Source of the DNA: Eledone cirrhosa
Taxonomy: Eukaryota
Direction: 5' to 3'
Assembly: GCA_964016885.1 (NCBI GenBank)
Contig: OZ024741.1
Location: 260,834,001-260,898,000, forward strand
Length of the DNA: 64,000 bases
In this document: positions 41,247 to 55,900 of the stretch, piece after piece
Position numbering within the stretch: position 1 is the stretch's first letter
Layout of the letters: every line of letters starts with the position of its first letter
Notes under the pieces: model-generated
The model's database searches: none
Told to the model about the DNA's origin: nothing
What the model saw: only the letters and a program-made list of their open reading frames with translations
Position numbers and translations under genes: made by a program

Positions 41247-44200
41247 GTTTCGCTTTACGAGTGTTTCGACTTACGAGTGTTTCGACATACGAGTGTTTCG
41301 ACTTCGGAATGTTTTTGCTTACGGGTGTTTCGACTTACGAATGTTTCGGCTTACGAGTGTTTCGGCTTACGAGTGTTCCGACTTAGGAGTGTTTCGGCTT
41401 ACGAGTGTTTCCGACTTACGAGTGTTTCGACTTATGAGTGTTTCGACTTTCGAGTGTTTTGACTTACGGTGTTTCGGCTTACGAGTGATTCGACTTACGA
41501 GTGTTTTGACTTACGGGTGTTTTGACATACGGGTGTTGTGAATTACCAGTGTTCCGATTTACGAGTATTTTGGCTTACGGTGTTTCGGCTTGCGAGTGTT
41601 TCAACTTACGAGTGTTTCGGCTTATGAGTGTTTCGACTTACTAATGTTTTTACTTACGAGTGTTTCGGCGTTCGAGTGTTTTGCCTTACGAGTGTTTCGA
41701 CTTAAGAGTGTTTTGACTTACGAATGTTTTGACTTACGGGTGTTTCGGCTTATGAGTGTTTCGACTTACGAGTGTTTCGACTTATGAGTGTTTCGACTTA
41801 CGAGTGTTCTGACTTACGAGTGTTCTGACTTACGAATGTTCCGACTTACGAGTGTTTCGGTTTACGAGTGTTTCGACATACGAGTGTTTTGACTTACGGG
41901 TGTTTCGACTTACGGGTGTTTCGAATTACGAGTGTTTCGGCTTACGAGTGTTTCGACTTACTAATGTTTTTACTTACGAGTGTTTCGGTGTACGAATGTT
42001 TTGACTTAAGGATGTTTCGACTTACGAGTGTTTCGACTTACGAGTGTTTCGGCTTACGTGAGTTTCGACTTAAGAGTGTTCTGATTTACGAGTGTTTCGC
42101 CTTATGAGTGTTTCGACTTACGAGTGTTTCGGCTTACGAGTGTTTCGACTTATGGGTGTTTCGACTTACGAGTGTTTTTACTTACGGTGTTTCGGCTTAC
42201 GAGTGTTTCGACATACGAGTGTTTTGACTTACGGGTGTTTCGACTTACGAGTGTTTTGACTTACGAATGTTTTGACTTACGGGTGTTTCGGCTTACGAGT
42301 GTTTCGACTTACGAGTGTTTCGGCTTACGAGTGTTTCGATTTACTAATGTTTTTACTTACGAGTGTTTCGGCGTACGAGAGTTTTGACTTACGAGTGTTT
42401 CGACTTACGAGTGTTTTGACTTACGAATGTTTTGACTTACGGGTGTTTCGGCTTATGAGTGTTTCGACTTACGAGTCTTTCGGCTTACGAGTGTTTCGAC
42501 TTACTAATGTTTTTACTTACGAGTGTTTCGGCGTACGAGTGTTTCGACTTACGAGTGTTTCGACTTACGGGTGTTTTGACTTAAGGGTGTTTCGGCTTAC
42601 GAGTGTTTCGACTTACGAGTGTTTTGACTTAAGGGTGTTTCGACTTACGAGTATTTTTGGCTTACGAGTGTTTCGACTTACGAGTGTTTTGACTTACGAG
42701 TGTTCTGATTTACGGATGTTTCGACATACGAGTGTTTCGACTTATGAGTGTTTCGACTTACGAGTGTTTCGGCTTACGAGTGTTTCGACTTACGAGTGTT
42801 TTGACTTACGGTGTTTCGGCTTACGAGTGTTTCGACTTACGAGTGTTTTGACTTACGGGTGTTTTGACATACGAGTGTTTCGATACGAGTGTTCTGACTT
42901 ACGAGTGTTCTGACTTACGAGTGTTTTGACTTACGAGTGTTCTGACTTACGAGTGTTCCGACTTACGAGTGTTCCGACTTACGAGTGTTTCGGCTTACGA
43001 GTGTTTCCGGCTTACGAGTGTTTCGACTTCCGAGTGTTTTGACTTACGGTTTTTCGGCTTACGAGTGATTCGACTTACGAGTGTTTTGACTTACGGGTGA
43101 TTTGACTTACGGGTGTTGTGAATTACGAGTGTTCCGATTTACGAGTGTTTTGATTTACGGTGTTTCGGCTTACGAGTGATTCGACTTACGAATGTTTTGA
43201 CTTACGGGTGTTTCGGCTTGCGAGTGTTTCGACTTACGAGTGTTTCGGCTTATGGGTGTTTCGACTTACTAATGTTTTTACTTACGAGTGTTTCGGCGTA
43301 CGAGTGTTTTGACTTACGAGTGTTTAGACTTACGAGTGTTTCGACTTACGAGTGTTTCGGCTTACGTGAGTTTCGACTTAAGTGTGTTCTGATTTACGAG
43401 TGTTCTGACTTGCGGGTGTTCTGATTTACGAGTGTTCCGACTTACGAGTGTTTCGGCTTATGAGTGTTTCGACTTACGAGTGTTTCGGCTTACGAGTGTT
43501 TCGACTTATGGGTGTTTCGACTTACGAGTGTTTTTACTTACGGTGTTTCGGCTTACGAGTGTTTCGACATACGAGTGTTTTGACTTACGGGTGTTTCGAC
43601 TTACGAGTGTTTTGACTTACGAATGTTTTGACTTACGGGTGTTTCGGCTTACGAGTGTTTCGACTTACGAGTGTTTCGGATTACGAGTGTTTCGACTTAC
43701 TAATGTTCTTACTTACGAGTGTTTCGGCGTACGAGAGTTTTGACTTACGAGTGTTTCGACTTACGAGTGTTTCGACTTACGAGTGTTTTGACTTACGAAT
43801 GTTTTGACTTACGGGTGTTTCGGCTTACGAGTGTTTCGACTTACGAGTCTTTCGGCTTACGAGTGTTTCGACTTACTAATGTTTTTACTTACGAGTGTTT
43901 CGGCGTACGAGTGTTTCGACTTACGAGTGTTTCGACTAACGGGTGTTTTGACTTACGGGTGTTTCGGCTTACGGGTGTTTTGACTTACGAGTGTTTTAAC
44001 TTAAGGGTGTTTCGACTTACGAGTATTTTTGGCTTACGAGTGTTTCGACTTACGAGTGTTTTGACTTACGAGTGTTCTGATTTACGGATGTTTCGACATA
44101 CGAGTGTTTCGACTTACGAGTGTTTTGACTTATGAGTGTTTCGACTTACGACTGTTTCGACTTACGAGTGTTTCGGCTTATGAGTGTTTCGACTTACGAG

Positions 44201-47200
44201 TGTTTCGACTTACGAGTGTTCTGACTTACGGGTGTTTTGACATACGAGTGTTTCGATACGAGTGTTCTGACTTACGAGTGTTCTGACTTACGAGTGTTTT
44301 GACTCACGAGTGTTCTGACTTACGAGTGTTCCGACTTACGAGTGTTCCGACTTACGAGTGTTTCGGCTTACGAGTGTTTCCGGCTTACGAGTGTTTCGAC
44401 TTACGAGTGTTTTGACTTACGGTGTTTCGACTTACGAGTGTTTTGACTTACGGGTGTTTTGACTGACGGGTGTTGTGAATTACGAGTGTTCCGATTTACG
44501 AGTGTTTTGACTTACGGTGTTTCGGCTTACGAGTGATTCGACTTACGAATGTTTTGACTCACGGGTGTTTCGGCTTGCGAGTGTTTCGACTTACGAGTGT
44601 TTCGACTTACTAATTTTTTTACTTACGAGTGTTTCGGCGTACGAGAGTTTTGACTTACGAGTGTTTCGACTTACGAGTGTTTTGACTTACGAATGTTTTG
44701 ACTTACGGGTGTTTCGGCTTATGAGTGTTTCGACTTACGAGTCTTTCGGCTTACGAGTGTTTCGACTTACTAATGTTTTTACTTACGAGTGTTTCGGCGT
44801 ACGAGTGTTTCGACTTACGAGTGTTTCGACTTACGGGTGTTTTGACTTACGGGTGTTTCGGCTTACGAGTGTTTCGACTTACGATTGTTTGGCTTACGAA
44901 TGTTTCGGCTTACGAGTGTTTCGACTTACGAGAGTTTTGACTTACGGTGTTTCGGCTTACGAGTGTTTCGACTTACGAGTGTTTTGACTTACGGGTGTTT
45001 TGACATACGAGTGTTTCGATACGAGTGTTCTGACTTACGAGTGTTCTGACTTACGAGTGTTCTGACTTACGGGTGTTCTGACTTACGAGTGTTCCGACTT
45101 ACGAGTGTTTCGGCTTATGAGGGTTTCGACTTACGAGTGCTTCGGCTTACGAGTGTTTCGACTTACGAGTGTTTTGACTTACGGTGTTTCGGCTTACGAG
45201 TGATTCAACTTACGAGTGTTTTGACTTACGGGTGTTTTGACTTACGGGTGTTGTGAATTACGAGTGTTTCGGTTTACGAGTGTTTCGACATACGAGTGTT
45301 TTGACTTACGGGTGTTTCGACTTACGGGTGTTTCGACTTACGAGTGTTTCGGCTTACGAGTGTTTCGACTTACTAATGTTTTTACTTACGAGTGTTTCGG
45401 TGTACGAGTGTTTCGACTTAAGGATGTTTCGACTTGCGAGTGTTTCGACTTACGTGTGTTTCGGCTTACGTGAGTTTCGACTTAAGAGTGTTCTGATTTA
45501 CGAGTGTTCTGAATTGCGGGTGTTCTGATTTACGAGTGTTCCGACTTACGAGTGTTTCGGCTTATGAGTGTTTCGACTTACGAGTGTTTCGGCTTACGAG
45601 TGTTTCGACTTATGGGTGTTTCGACTTACGAGTGTTTTTACTTACGGTGTTTCGGCTTACGAGTGTTTCGACATACGAGTGTTCAGACTTACGAGTGTTC
45701 CGACTTACGAGCGTTCCGACTTACAAGTGTTTCGATTACGAGTGTTAAGACTTACGGGTGTTTTGACATACGAGTGTTTCGATACGTGTGTTTCGACTTA
45801 CGAGTGTTACGAGTGTTCTGACTTACGAGTGTTCTGACTTACGAGTGTTCTGACTTACGAGTGTTCTGACTTACGAGTGTTCTGACTTACGAGTGTTCTG
45901 ACTTACGAGCGTTCTGACTTACGAGTGTTCCGACTTACGAGTGTTTCGGCTTACGAGTGTTTCGACTTACGAGTGTTCTGACTTACGAATGTTTTGACTT
46001 ACGGGTGTTTCGGCTTATGAGTGTTTCGACTTACGAGTCTTTCGGCTTACGAGTGTTTCGACTTACTAATGTTTTTACTTACGAGTGTTTCGGCGTACGA
46101 GTGTTTCGACTTACGAGTGTTTCGACTTACGGGTGTTTTGACTTAAGGGTGTTTCGGCTTACGAGTGTTTCGACTTACGAGTGTTTTGACTTAAGGGTGT
46201 TTCGACTTACGGTGTTTCGGCTTACGAGTGTTTCGACTTACGAGTGTTTTGACTTACGAGTGTTCTGATTTACGGATGTTTCGACATAGAGTGTTTCGAC
46301 TTACGAGTGTTTCGACTTATGATTGTTTCGACTTACGTGTGTTTAGGCTTACGAGTGTTTCGACTTACGAGTGTTTTGACTTACGGTGTTTCGGCTTACG
46401 AGTGTTTCGACTTACGAGTGTTTTGACTTACGGGTGTTTTGACATACGAGTGTTTCGATACGAGTGTTCTGACTTACGAGTGTTCTGACTTACGAGTGTT
46501 TTGACTTACGAGTGTTCTGACTTACGAGTGTTCCGACTTACGAGTGCTCCGACTTACGAGTGTTTCGGCTTACGAGTGTTTCCGGCTTACGAGTGTTTCG
46601 ACTTCCGAGTGTTTTGACTTACGGTGTTTCGGCTTACGAGTGATTCGACTTACGAGTGTTTTGACTTACGGGTGATTTGACTTACGGGTGTTGTGAATTA
46701 CGAGTGTTCCGATTTACGAGTGTTTTGACTTACGGTGTTTCGGCTTACGAGTGATTCGACTTACGAGTGTTTCGGCTTATGGGTGTTTCGACTTACTAAT
46801 GTTTTTACTTACGAGTGTTTCGGCGTACGAGTGTTTTGACTTACGAGTGTTTCGACTTACGAGTGTTTCGACTTACGAGTGTTTCGGCTTACGTGAGTTT
46901 CGACTTAAGTGTGTTCTGATTTACGAGTGTTCTGACTTGCGGGTGTTCTGATTTAAGAGTGTTCCGACTTACGAGTGTTTCGGCTTATGAGTGTTTCGAC
47001 TTACGAGTGTTTCGGCTTACGAGTGTTTCGACTTATGGGTGTTTCGACTTACGAGTGTTTTTACTTACGGTGTTTCGGCTTACGAGTGTTTCGACATACG
47101 AGTGTTTTGACTTACGGGTGTTTCGACTTACGAGTGTTTTGACTTACGAATGTTTTGACTTACGGGTGTTTCGGCTTACGAGTGTTTCGACTTACGAGTG

Positions 47201-50200
47201 TTTCGGATTACGAGTGTTTCGACTTACTAATGTTCTTACTTACGAGTGTTTCGGCGTACGAGAGTTTTGACTTACGAGTGTTTCGACTTACGAGTGTTTC
47301 GACTTACGAGTGTTTTGACTTACGAATGTTTTGACTTACGGGTGTTTCGGCTTACGAGTGTTTCGACTTACGAGTCTTTCGGCTTACGAGTGTTTCGACT
47401 TACTAATGTTTTTACTTACGAGTGTTTCGGCGTACGAGTGTTTCGACTTACGAGTGTTTCGACTAACGGGTGTTTTGACTTACGGGTGTTTCGGCTTACG
47501 GGTGTTTTGACTTACGAGTGTTTTAACTTAAGGGTGTTTCGACTTACGAGTATTTTTGGCTTACGAGTGTTTCGACTTACGAGTGTTTTGACTTACGAGT
47601 GTTCTGATTTACGGATGTTTCGACATACGAGTGTTTCGACTTACGAGTGTTTCGACTTATGAGTGTTTCGACTTACGACTGTTTCGACTTACGAGTGTTT
47701 CGGCTTATGAGTGTTTCGACTTACGAGTGTTTCGACTTACGAGTGTTCTGACTTACGGGTGTTTTGACATACGAGTGTTTCGATACGAGTGTTCTGACTT
47801 ACGAGTGTTCTGACTTACGAGTGTTTTGACTCACGAGTGTTCTGACTTACGAGTGTTCCGACTTACGAGTGTTCCGACTTACGAGTGTTTCGGCTTACGA
47901 GTGTTTCCGGCTTACGAGTGTTTCGACTTACGAGTGTTTTGACTTACGGTGTTTCGACTTACGAGTGTTTTGACTTACGGGTGTTTTGACTGACGGGTGT
48001 TGTGAATTGCGAGTGTTCCGATTTACGAGTGTTTTGACTTACGGTGTTTCGGCTTACGAGTGATTCGACTTACGAATGTTTTGACTCACGGGTGTTTCGG
48101 CTTGCGAGTGTTTCGACTTACGAGTGTTTCGGCTTACGAGTGTTTCGACTTACTAATTTTTTTACTTACGAGTGTTTCGGCGTACGAGAGTTTTGACTTA
48201 CGAGTGTTTCGACTTACGAGTGTATTGACTTACGAATGTTTTGACTTACGGGTGTTTCGGCTTATGAGTGTTTCGACTTACGAGTCTTTCGGCTTACGAG
48301 TGTTTCGACTTACTAATGTTTTTACTTACGAGTGTTTCGGCGTACGAGTGTTTCGACTTACGAGTGTTTCGACTTACGGGTGTTTTGACTTACGGGTGTT
48401 TCGGCTTACGAGTGTTTCGACTTACGATTGTTTGGCTTACGAATGTTTCGGCTTACGAGTGTTTCGACTTACGAGAGTTTTGACTTACGGTGTTTCGGCT
48501 TACGAGTGTTTCGACTTACGAGTGTTTTGACTTACGGGTGTTTTGACATACGAGTGTTCCGACTTACGAGTGCTTTGGCTTACGAGTGTTTCGACTTACG
48601 AGTGTTTTGACTTACGGTGTTTCGGCTTACGAGTGATTCAACTTACGAGTGTTTTGACTTACGGGTGTTTTGACTTACGGGTGTTGTGAATTACGAGTGT
48701 TTCGGTTTACGAGTGTTTCGACATACGAGTGTTTTGACTTACGGGTGTTTCGACTTACGGGTGTTTCGACTTACGAGTGTTTCGGCTTACGAGTGTTTCG
48801 ACTTACTAATGTTTTTACTTACGAGTGTTTCGGTGTACGAGTGTTTCGACTTGCGAGTGTTTCGACTTACGTGTGTTTCGGCTTACGTGAGTTTCGACTT
48901 AAGAGTGTTCTGATTTACGAGTGTTCTGACTTGCGGGTGTTTCGGCTTATGAGTGTTTCGACTTACGAGTGTTTCGGCTTACGAGTGTTTCGACTTATGG
49001 GTGTTTCGACTTACGAGTGTTTTTACTTACGGTGTTTCGGCTTACGAGTGTTTCGACATACGAGTGTTCAGACTTACGAGTGTTCCGACTTACGAGCGTT
49101 CCGACTTACAAGTGTTTCGATTACGAGTGTTAAGACTTACGGGTGTTTTGACATACGAGTGTTTCGATACGTGTGTTTCGACTTACGAGTGTTACGAGTG
49201 TTCTGACTTACGAGTGTTCTGACTTACGAGTGTTCTGACTTACGAGTGTTCTGACTTACGAGTGTTCTGACTTACGAGCGTTCTGACTTACGAGTGTTCC
49301 GACTTACGAGTGTTTCGGCTTACGAGTGTTTCGACTTACGAGTGTTCTGACTTACGAGTGTTCCGACTTACGAGCGTTCCGACTTACGAGTGTTTCGGCT
49401 TACAAGTGTTCCGACTTACGAGTGTTTCGACTTACGAGTGTTTTGACTTACGGTGTTTCTGCTTACGAGTGTTAAGACTTACGGGTGTTTTGACATACGA
49501 GTGTTTCGATACGAGTGTTTCGACTTACGAGTGTTACGAGTGTTCTGACTTACGAGTGTTTCGACTTAGGATTGTTTTTTTCACTTCCGGGTGTTTCGAC
49601 TTACGCGTGTTTCGACTTAAGGATGTTTCGACTTGCGAGTGTTTCGACTTACGTGTGTTTCGGCTTACGTGAGTTTCGACTTAAGAGTGTTCTGATTTAC
49701 GAGTGTTCTGACTTGCGGGTGTTCTGATTTACGAGTGTTTCGACTTACGAGTGTTTCGACTTACGGGTGTTCCGACTTACGAGTGTTTCGGCTTACGATT
49801 GTTTCGACTTACGAGTGTTTCGGTTTACGAGTGTTTCGACTTACGGGTGTTTTGACTTACGATTGTTTGGGCTTACGAATGTTTCGACTTACGAGTGTTT
49901 CGACTTACGAGTGTTTTGACTTACGGTGTTTCGGCTTACGAGTGTTTTGACTTACGAGTGTTTTGACTTACGGGTGTTTTGACATACGAGTGTTTCGATA
50001 CGAGTGTTCTGACTTACGAGTGTTCTGACTTACGAGTGTTCTGACTTACGAGTGTTCTGACTTACGAGTGGTCTGACTTACGGGTGTTCTGACTTACGAG
50101 TGTTCCGACTTACGAGTGTTTCAGCTTATGAGTGTTTCGACTTACGAGTGCTTCGGTTTACGAGTGTTTCGACTTACGAGTGTTTCGGCTTACGAGTGTT

Positions 50201-50844
50201 TCGATTACGAATGTTTTGGCTTACGAGTGTTTCGGCTTACGGGTGTTTCGGCTTATGAGTGTTTCGACTTACGAGTGTTTTGACTTACGGGTGTTTCGAC
50301 TTACGCGTGTTTCGACTTACAAGTGTTTCGACTTACGAGTGTTTCGACTTACGAATGTTCCGACTTACGAGTGTTTCTACTTACGAGTGTTTCGGCTTAC
50401 GAGTGTTTCGACTTACGAGTGTTTCGGCGTACGAGTGTTTTAACTTAGGAGTGTTTCGACTTACGAGTGCTTTAACTTACGAATGTTTTGAATTACTTCG
50501 ACTTACGAGTGATTTGACTTACGAGTGTTCCTACTTACGAGTGTTTCGACTTACGAGTGTTTCGACTTGCGAGTGTTTCGACTTACGAGTGTTTCGACTT
50601 ACGAGTGTTCTGACTTACGAGTGTTCTGACTTACGAGTGTTCTGACTTACGAGTGTTCCGACTTACGAGTGTTTCGACTTACGAGTGTTTCGACTTACGA
50701 GTGTTTTAACTTACGGGTGTTTCGACTTACGCGTGTTTCGACTTACAAGTGTTTCGAATTACGAGTGTTTCGACTTACGAATGTTCCGACTTACGAGTTT
50801 TTCTACTTACGAGTGTTTCGGCTTACGAGTGTTTCGACTTACGA

Positions 50845-50913
50845 AAATAACAAGTAGACGCGGTTTCAAATATCTATGCTTTTCAAATTCATTACATTAA
50901 TCTTTATTTATAC
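50845..50913 (+). repeat. 69-bp AT-rich element, copy 10, haplotype B1
   Basis: Same as copy 3 (caaGtag, aaatAtc, atgCtt). Confidence 0.95.
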
Positions 50914-52898
50914 GTTTCGCTTTACGAGTGTTTCGGCGTACGAGTGTTTCGACTTACGAGTGTTTTAACTTACGTTTGTTTCGACTTACGCGTTTTTCGA
51001 CTACGAATGTTCCGACTTACGAGTGTTTCGACTTACGAGTGCTTTGACTTACGAATGTTTTGACTTCGACTTACGAGTGATCTGACTTACGAGTGTTCCT
51101 ACTTACGAGTGTTTCGACTTACGAGTGTTTCGACTTGCGAGTGTTTCGACTTACGAGTGTTTCGGCTTACGAGTGTTTCGGTGTTTCGGCTTACGTGTTT
51201 CGTCTTACGAGTGTTTCGACTTACGAGTGTTTCGGCTTATGAGTGTTTCGACTTACGAGTGCTTCGGCTTACGAGTGTTTCGACTTACGAGTATTTCGGC
51301 TTACGAGTGTTTAGACGTACGAATGTTTTGGCTTACGAGTGTTTCGGCTTATGAGTGTTTCGACTTACGAGTGTTTCGACTGGCGAGTGTTTCGACTTAC
51401 GAGTGTTTCGACTTACGAGTGTTCTGACTTACGAGTGTTCTGACTTACGAGTGTTCTGACTTACGAGTGTTCCGACTTACGAGTGTTTCGACTTACGAGT
51501 GTTTTGACTTACGAATGTTCTGACTTACGGGTGTTTCGCCTTACGAGTGTTTCGACTTACGAGTCTTTTAACTTACGGGTGTTTCGACTTACGCGTGTTT
51601 CGACTTACAAGTGTTTCGACTTACGAGTGTTTCGACTTACGAATGTTCCGACTTGCGAGTGTTTCGACTTACGAGTGTTTCGGCTTACGAGTGTTTCGGT
51701 GTTTCGGCTTACGTGTGTTTCGTCTTACGAGTGTTTCGACTTACGAGTGCTTCGGCTTACGAGTGTTTCGACTTACGAGTATTTCGGCTTACGAGTGTTT
51801 CGACGTACGAATGTTTTGGCTTACGAGTGTTTCGGCTTATGAGTGTTTCGACTTACGAGTGTTTCGACTTACGAGTGTTTCGGCTTACGAGTGTTACGAG
51901 TGTTCTGACTTACGAGTGTTTCGACTTACGAGTGTTTTGACTTACGGGTGTTTCGACTTACGGGTGTTCCGACTTACGAGTGTTTCGGCTTACGATTGTT
52001 TCGACTTACGAGTGTTTCGGTTTACGAGTGTTTCGACTTACGGGTGTTTTGACTTACGATTGTTTGGGCTTACGAATGTTTCGATTACGAGTGTTTTGAC
52101 TTACGGGTGTTTTGACATACGAGTGTTTCGATACGAGTATTCTGACTTACGAGTGTTCTGACTTACGAGTGGTCTGACTTACGGGTGTTCTGACTTACGA
52201 GTGCTCCGACTTACGAGTGTTTCAGCTTATGAGTGTTTCGACTTACGAGTGCTTCGGTTTACGAGTGTTTCGACTTACGAGTGTTTCGTCTTACGCGTGT
52301 TTCGACTTACGAATGTTTTGGCTTACAAGTGTTTCGGCTTACGAGTGTTTCGGCTTATGAATGTTTCGACTTACGGGTGTTTCGACGTAAGAGTGTTTCG
52401 ATTTACGAGCGCTTCGACTTACGAGTGTTTCGACTTACGAGTGTTTCGGCGTACGAGTGTTTTGACTTACGAGTGTTTCGACTTACGAGTGCTTTGCCTT
52501 ACGAATGTTTTGAATTACTTCGACTTACGAGTGATCTGACTTACGAGTGTTCCTACTTACGAGTGTTTCGACTTACGAGTGTTTCGACTTGCGAGTGTTT
52601 CGACTTACGAGTGTTTCGACTTACGAGTATTCTGACTTACGAGTGTTCTGATTTACGAGTGTTCTGACTTACGAGTGTTTCGACTTACGAGTGTTTCGAC
52701 TTACGAGTGTTTTGACTTATGAATGTTCTGACTTACGGGTGTTTCGCCTTACGAGTGTTTCGACTTACGAGTGTTTTAACTTACGGGTGTTTCGACTTAC
52801 GCGTGTTTCGACTTACGAGTGTTTCGACTTACGAGTGTTTCGACTTACGAATGTTCCGACTTACGAGTGTTTCTACTTACGAGTGTTTCGGCTTACGA

Positions 52899-52967
52899 AA
52901 ATAACAAATAGACGCGGTTTCAAATCTCTATGCTTTTCAAATTCATTACATTAATCTTTATTTATAC
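52899..52967 (+). repeat. 69-bp AT-rich element, copy 11, haplotype B2
   Basis: Same as copy 4. Confidence 0.95.
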
Positions 52968-55900
52968 GTTTCGCTTTACGAGTGTTTCGGCGTACGAGTG
53001 TTTCGACTTACGAGTGTTTTAACTTACGGTTGTTTCGACTTACGCGCTTTTCGACTACGAATGTTCCGACTTACGAGTGTTTCGACTTACGAGTGTTTCG
53101 ACTTACGAGTGCTTTGACTTACGAATGTTTTGACTTACTTCGACTTACGAGTGATCTGACTTACGAGTGTTCCTACTTACGAGTGTTTCGACTTACGAGT
53201 GTTTCGACTTGCGAGTGTTTCGACTTACGAGTGTTTCTGCTTACGAGTGTTTCAGTGTTTCGGCTTACGTGTGTTTCGACTTACGAGTGCTTCGGCTTAC
53301 GAGTGTTTCGACTTACGAGTATTTCGGCTTACGAGTGTTTCGACGTACGAATGTTTTGGCTTACGAGTGTTTCGGCTTATGAGTGTTTCGGCTTACGAGT
53401 GTTTCGACTTACGAGTGTTTCGGCTTACGAGTGTTTCGGCTTACGAGTGTTTCAGTGTTTCGGCTTACGTGTGTTTCGACTTACGAGTGTTTCGACTTAC
53501 GACTGTTTCGGCTTACGAGTGTTTCGGCTTACGAGTGTTTCGGCTTACGAGTGTTTTGACTTACGAGTGTTTTGACTTACGATTGTTTGGCTTACGAGTG
53601 TTCTGACTTACGGGTGTTGACTTACGAGTGTTCCGACTTACGAGTGTTTCGGCTTATGAGGGTTTCGACTTACGAGTGCTTCGGCTTACGAGTGTTTCGA
53701 CTTACGCGTGTTTCGGCTTACGAGTGTTTCGACTTACTAATTTTTTTACTTACGAGTGTTTCGGCGTACGAGTGTTTTGACTTACGAATGTTTTGACTTA
53801 CGGGTGTTTCGGCTTATGAGTGTTTCGACTTACGAGTCTTTCGGCTTACGAGTGTTTCGACTTACTAATGTTTTTACTTACGAGTGTTTCGGCGTACGAC
53901 TGTTTCGACTTACGAGTGTTTCGACTTACGGGTGTTTTGACTTACGGGTGTTTCGGCTTACGAGTGTTTCGACTTACGATTGTTTGGCTTACGAATGTTT
54001 CGACTTACGAGTGTTTCGACTTACGAGAGTTTTGACTTACGGTGTTTCGGCTTACGAGTGTTTCGACTTACGAGTGTTTTGACTTACGGGTGTTTTGACA
54101 TACGAGTGTTTCGATACGAGTGTTCTGACTTACGAGTGTTCTGACTTACGAGTGTTCTGACTTACGGGTGTTCTGACTTACGAGTGTTTCGACTTACGAG
54201 TGTTTTGACTTACGAGTGTTTCGGCTTACGAGTGTTTCGGCGTATGAGTGTTTTGACTTACGAGTGTTTCGACTTACGAGTGTTTCGACTTACGAGTGTT
54301 TAGACTTACGAGTGTTTCGACTTACGAGTGTTTTGACTTACGAGTGTTTTGACTAACGGTGTTTCTGCTTACGAGTGTTTCGACTTACGAGTGTTATGAC
54401 TTACGGGTGTTTTGACATACGAGTGTTTCGATACGAGTGTTTCGACTTACGAGTGTTACGAGTGTTCTGACTTACGAGTGTTTCGACTTACGAGTGTTCT
54501 GACCTACGAGTGTTCTGACTTACGAGTGTTTCGACTTACGAGTGTTTTGACTTACGGGGGTTTCGACTTACGAGTGTTTCGAGTTACGAGTGTTTCGAGT
54601 TACGAGTGTTTCGACTTACGAGTGTTTTTACTTACGAATGTTCTGACTTACGGGTGTTTCGGCTTACGAGTGTTTCGACTTACGAGTGTTTTAACTTACG
54701 GGTGTTTCTACTTACGCGTGTTTCGACTTGCAAGTGTTTCGACTTACGAGTGTTTCGACTTGCAAGTGTTTCGACTTACGAGTGTTTCGACTACGAATGA
54801 TCCGACTTACGAGTGTTTCGACTTACGAGTGTTTCGACTTACGAGTGTTCTGACTTACGGGTGTTCCGACTTACGAGTGTTTCGGCTTACGATTGTTTTG
54901 ACTTACGATTGTTTTGGCTTACGAATGTTTCGACTTACGAGTGTTTCGACTTACGAGTGTTTTGACTTACGAGTGTTTTGTCTTACGGGTGTTTTGACAT
55001 ACGAGTGTTTCGATACGAGTGTTCTGACTTACGAGTGTTCTGACTTACGAGTGTTCTGACTTACGAGTGTTCTGACTTACGAGTGTTCTGACTTACGGGT
55101 GTTCTGACTTACGAGTGTTCCGACTTACGAGTGATTCGGCTTATGAGGGTTTCGACTTACGAGTGCTTCGGCTTACGAGTGTTTCGACCTACGAGTGTTT
55201 CGGCTTACGAGTGTTTTGACGTACGAATGTTTTGGCTTACGCGTGTTTCGGCTTACGAGTGTTTCGAATTACGAGTGTTTCGACTTACGAGTGTTTTGAC
55301 TTACGGTGTTTCGGCTTACGAGTGTTTCGACTCACGAGAGTTTTAACTTACGGGTGTTTCGACTTACGCGTGTTTCGACTTACGAATGTTCCGACTTACG
55401 AGTGTTTCGACTTACGAGTGTTTCGGCGTACGAGTGTTTCGACTTACGAGTGTTTTGACTTACGTGTGTTTCGGCTTACGAGTGTTTTGACTTACGAGTG
55501 TTTTGACTTACGGGTGTTTCGGCTTACGAGTGTTTCGACTTACGAGTGTTCTGACTTACGAGTGTTCCGACTTACCAGCGTTCCGACTTACGAGTGTTTC
55601 GGCTTACGAGTGTTCCGACTTACGAGTGTTTCGACTTACGAGTGTTTTGACTTACGGTGTTTCGGCTTACGAGTGTTTTGACTTACGAGTGTTTTGACTT
55701 ACGGGTGTTTTGACATACGAGTGTTTCGATACGAGTGTTCTGACTTACGAGTGTTCTGACTTACGAGCGTTCTGACTTACGAGTGTTCTGACTTACGAGT
55801 AGTCTGACTTACGGGTGTTCTTACTTACGAGTGTTCCGACTTACGAGTGTTTCAGCTTATGAGTGTTTCGACTTACGAGTGCTTCGGTTTACGAGTGTTT

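Larger units (their letters stand above)
36540..44740 (+). repeat. Recent tandem duplication of an approximately 4.03-kb higher-order unit (2 copies; boundaries approximate)
   Basis: Constant 4026 offset in the ORF track (37183/41209, 38246/42272, 39150/43176, 39406/43432, 40078/44104, 40491/44517). The copies share private variants: ataaacgcgg, cttcggaatg, cggtttttcgg, gagtctgtcggc. Confidence 0.85.
47300..53700 (+). repeat. Second copy of the B-containing higher-order block (offset about 29.8-30.3 kb)
   Basis: Same landmarks as 17400-23400, with internal monomer-scale indels and an extra ~0.55 kb between the B1 and B2 inserts. Boundaries approximate. Confidence 0.8.
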
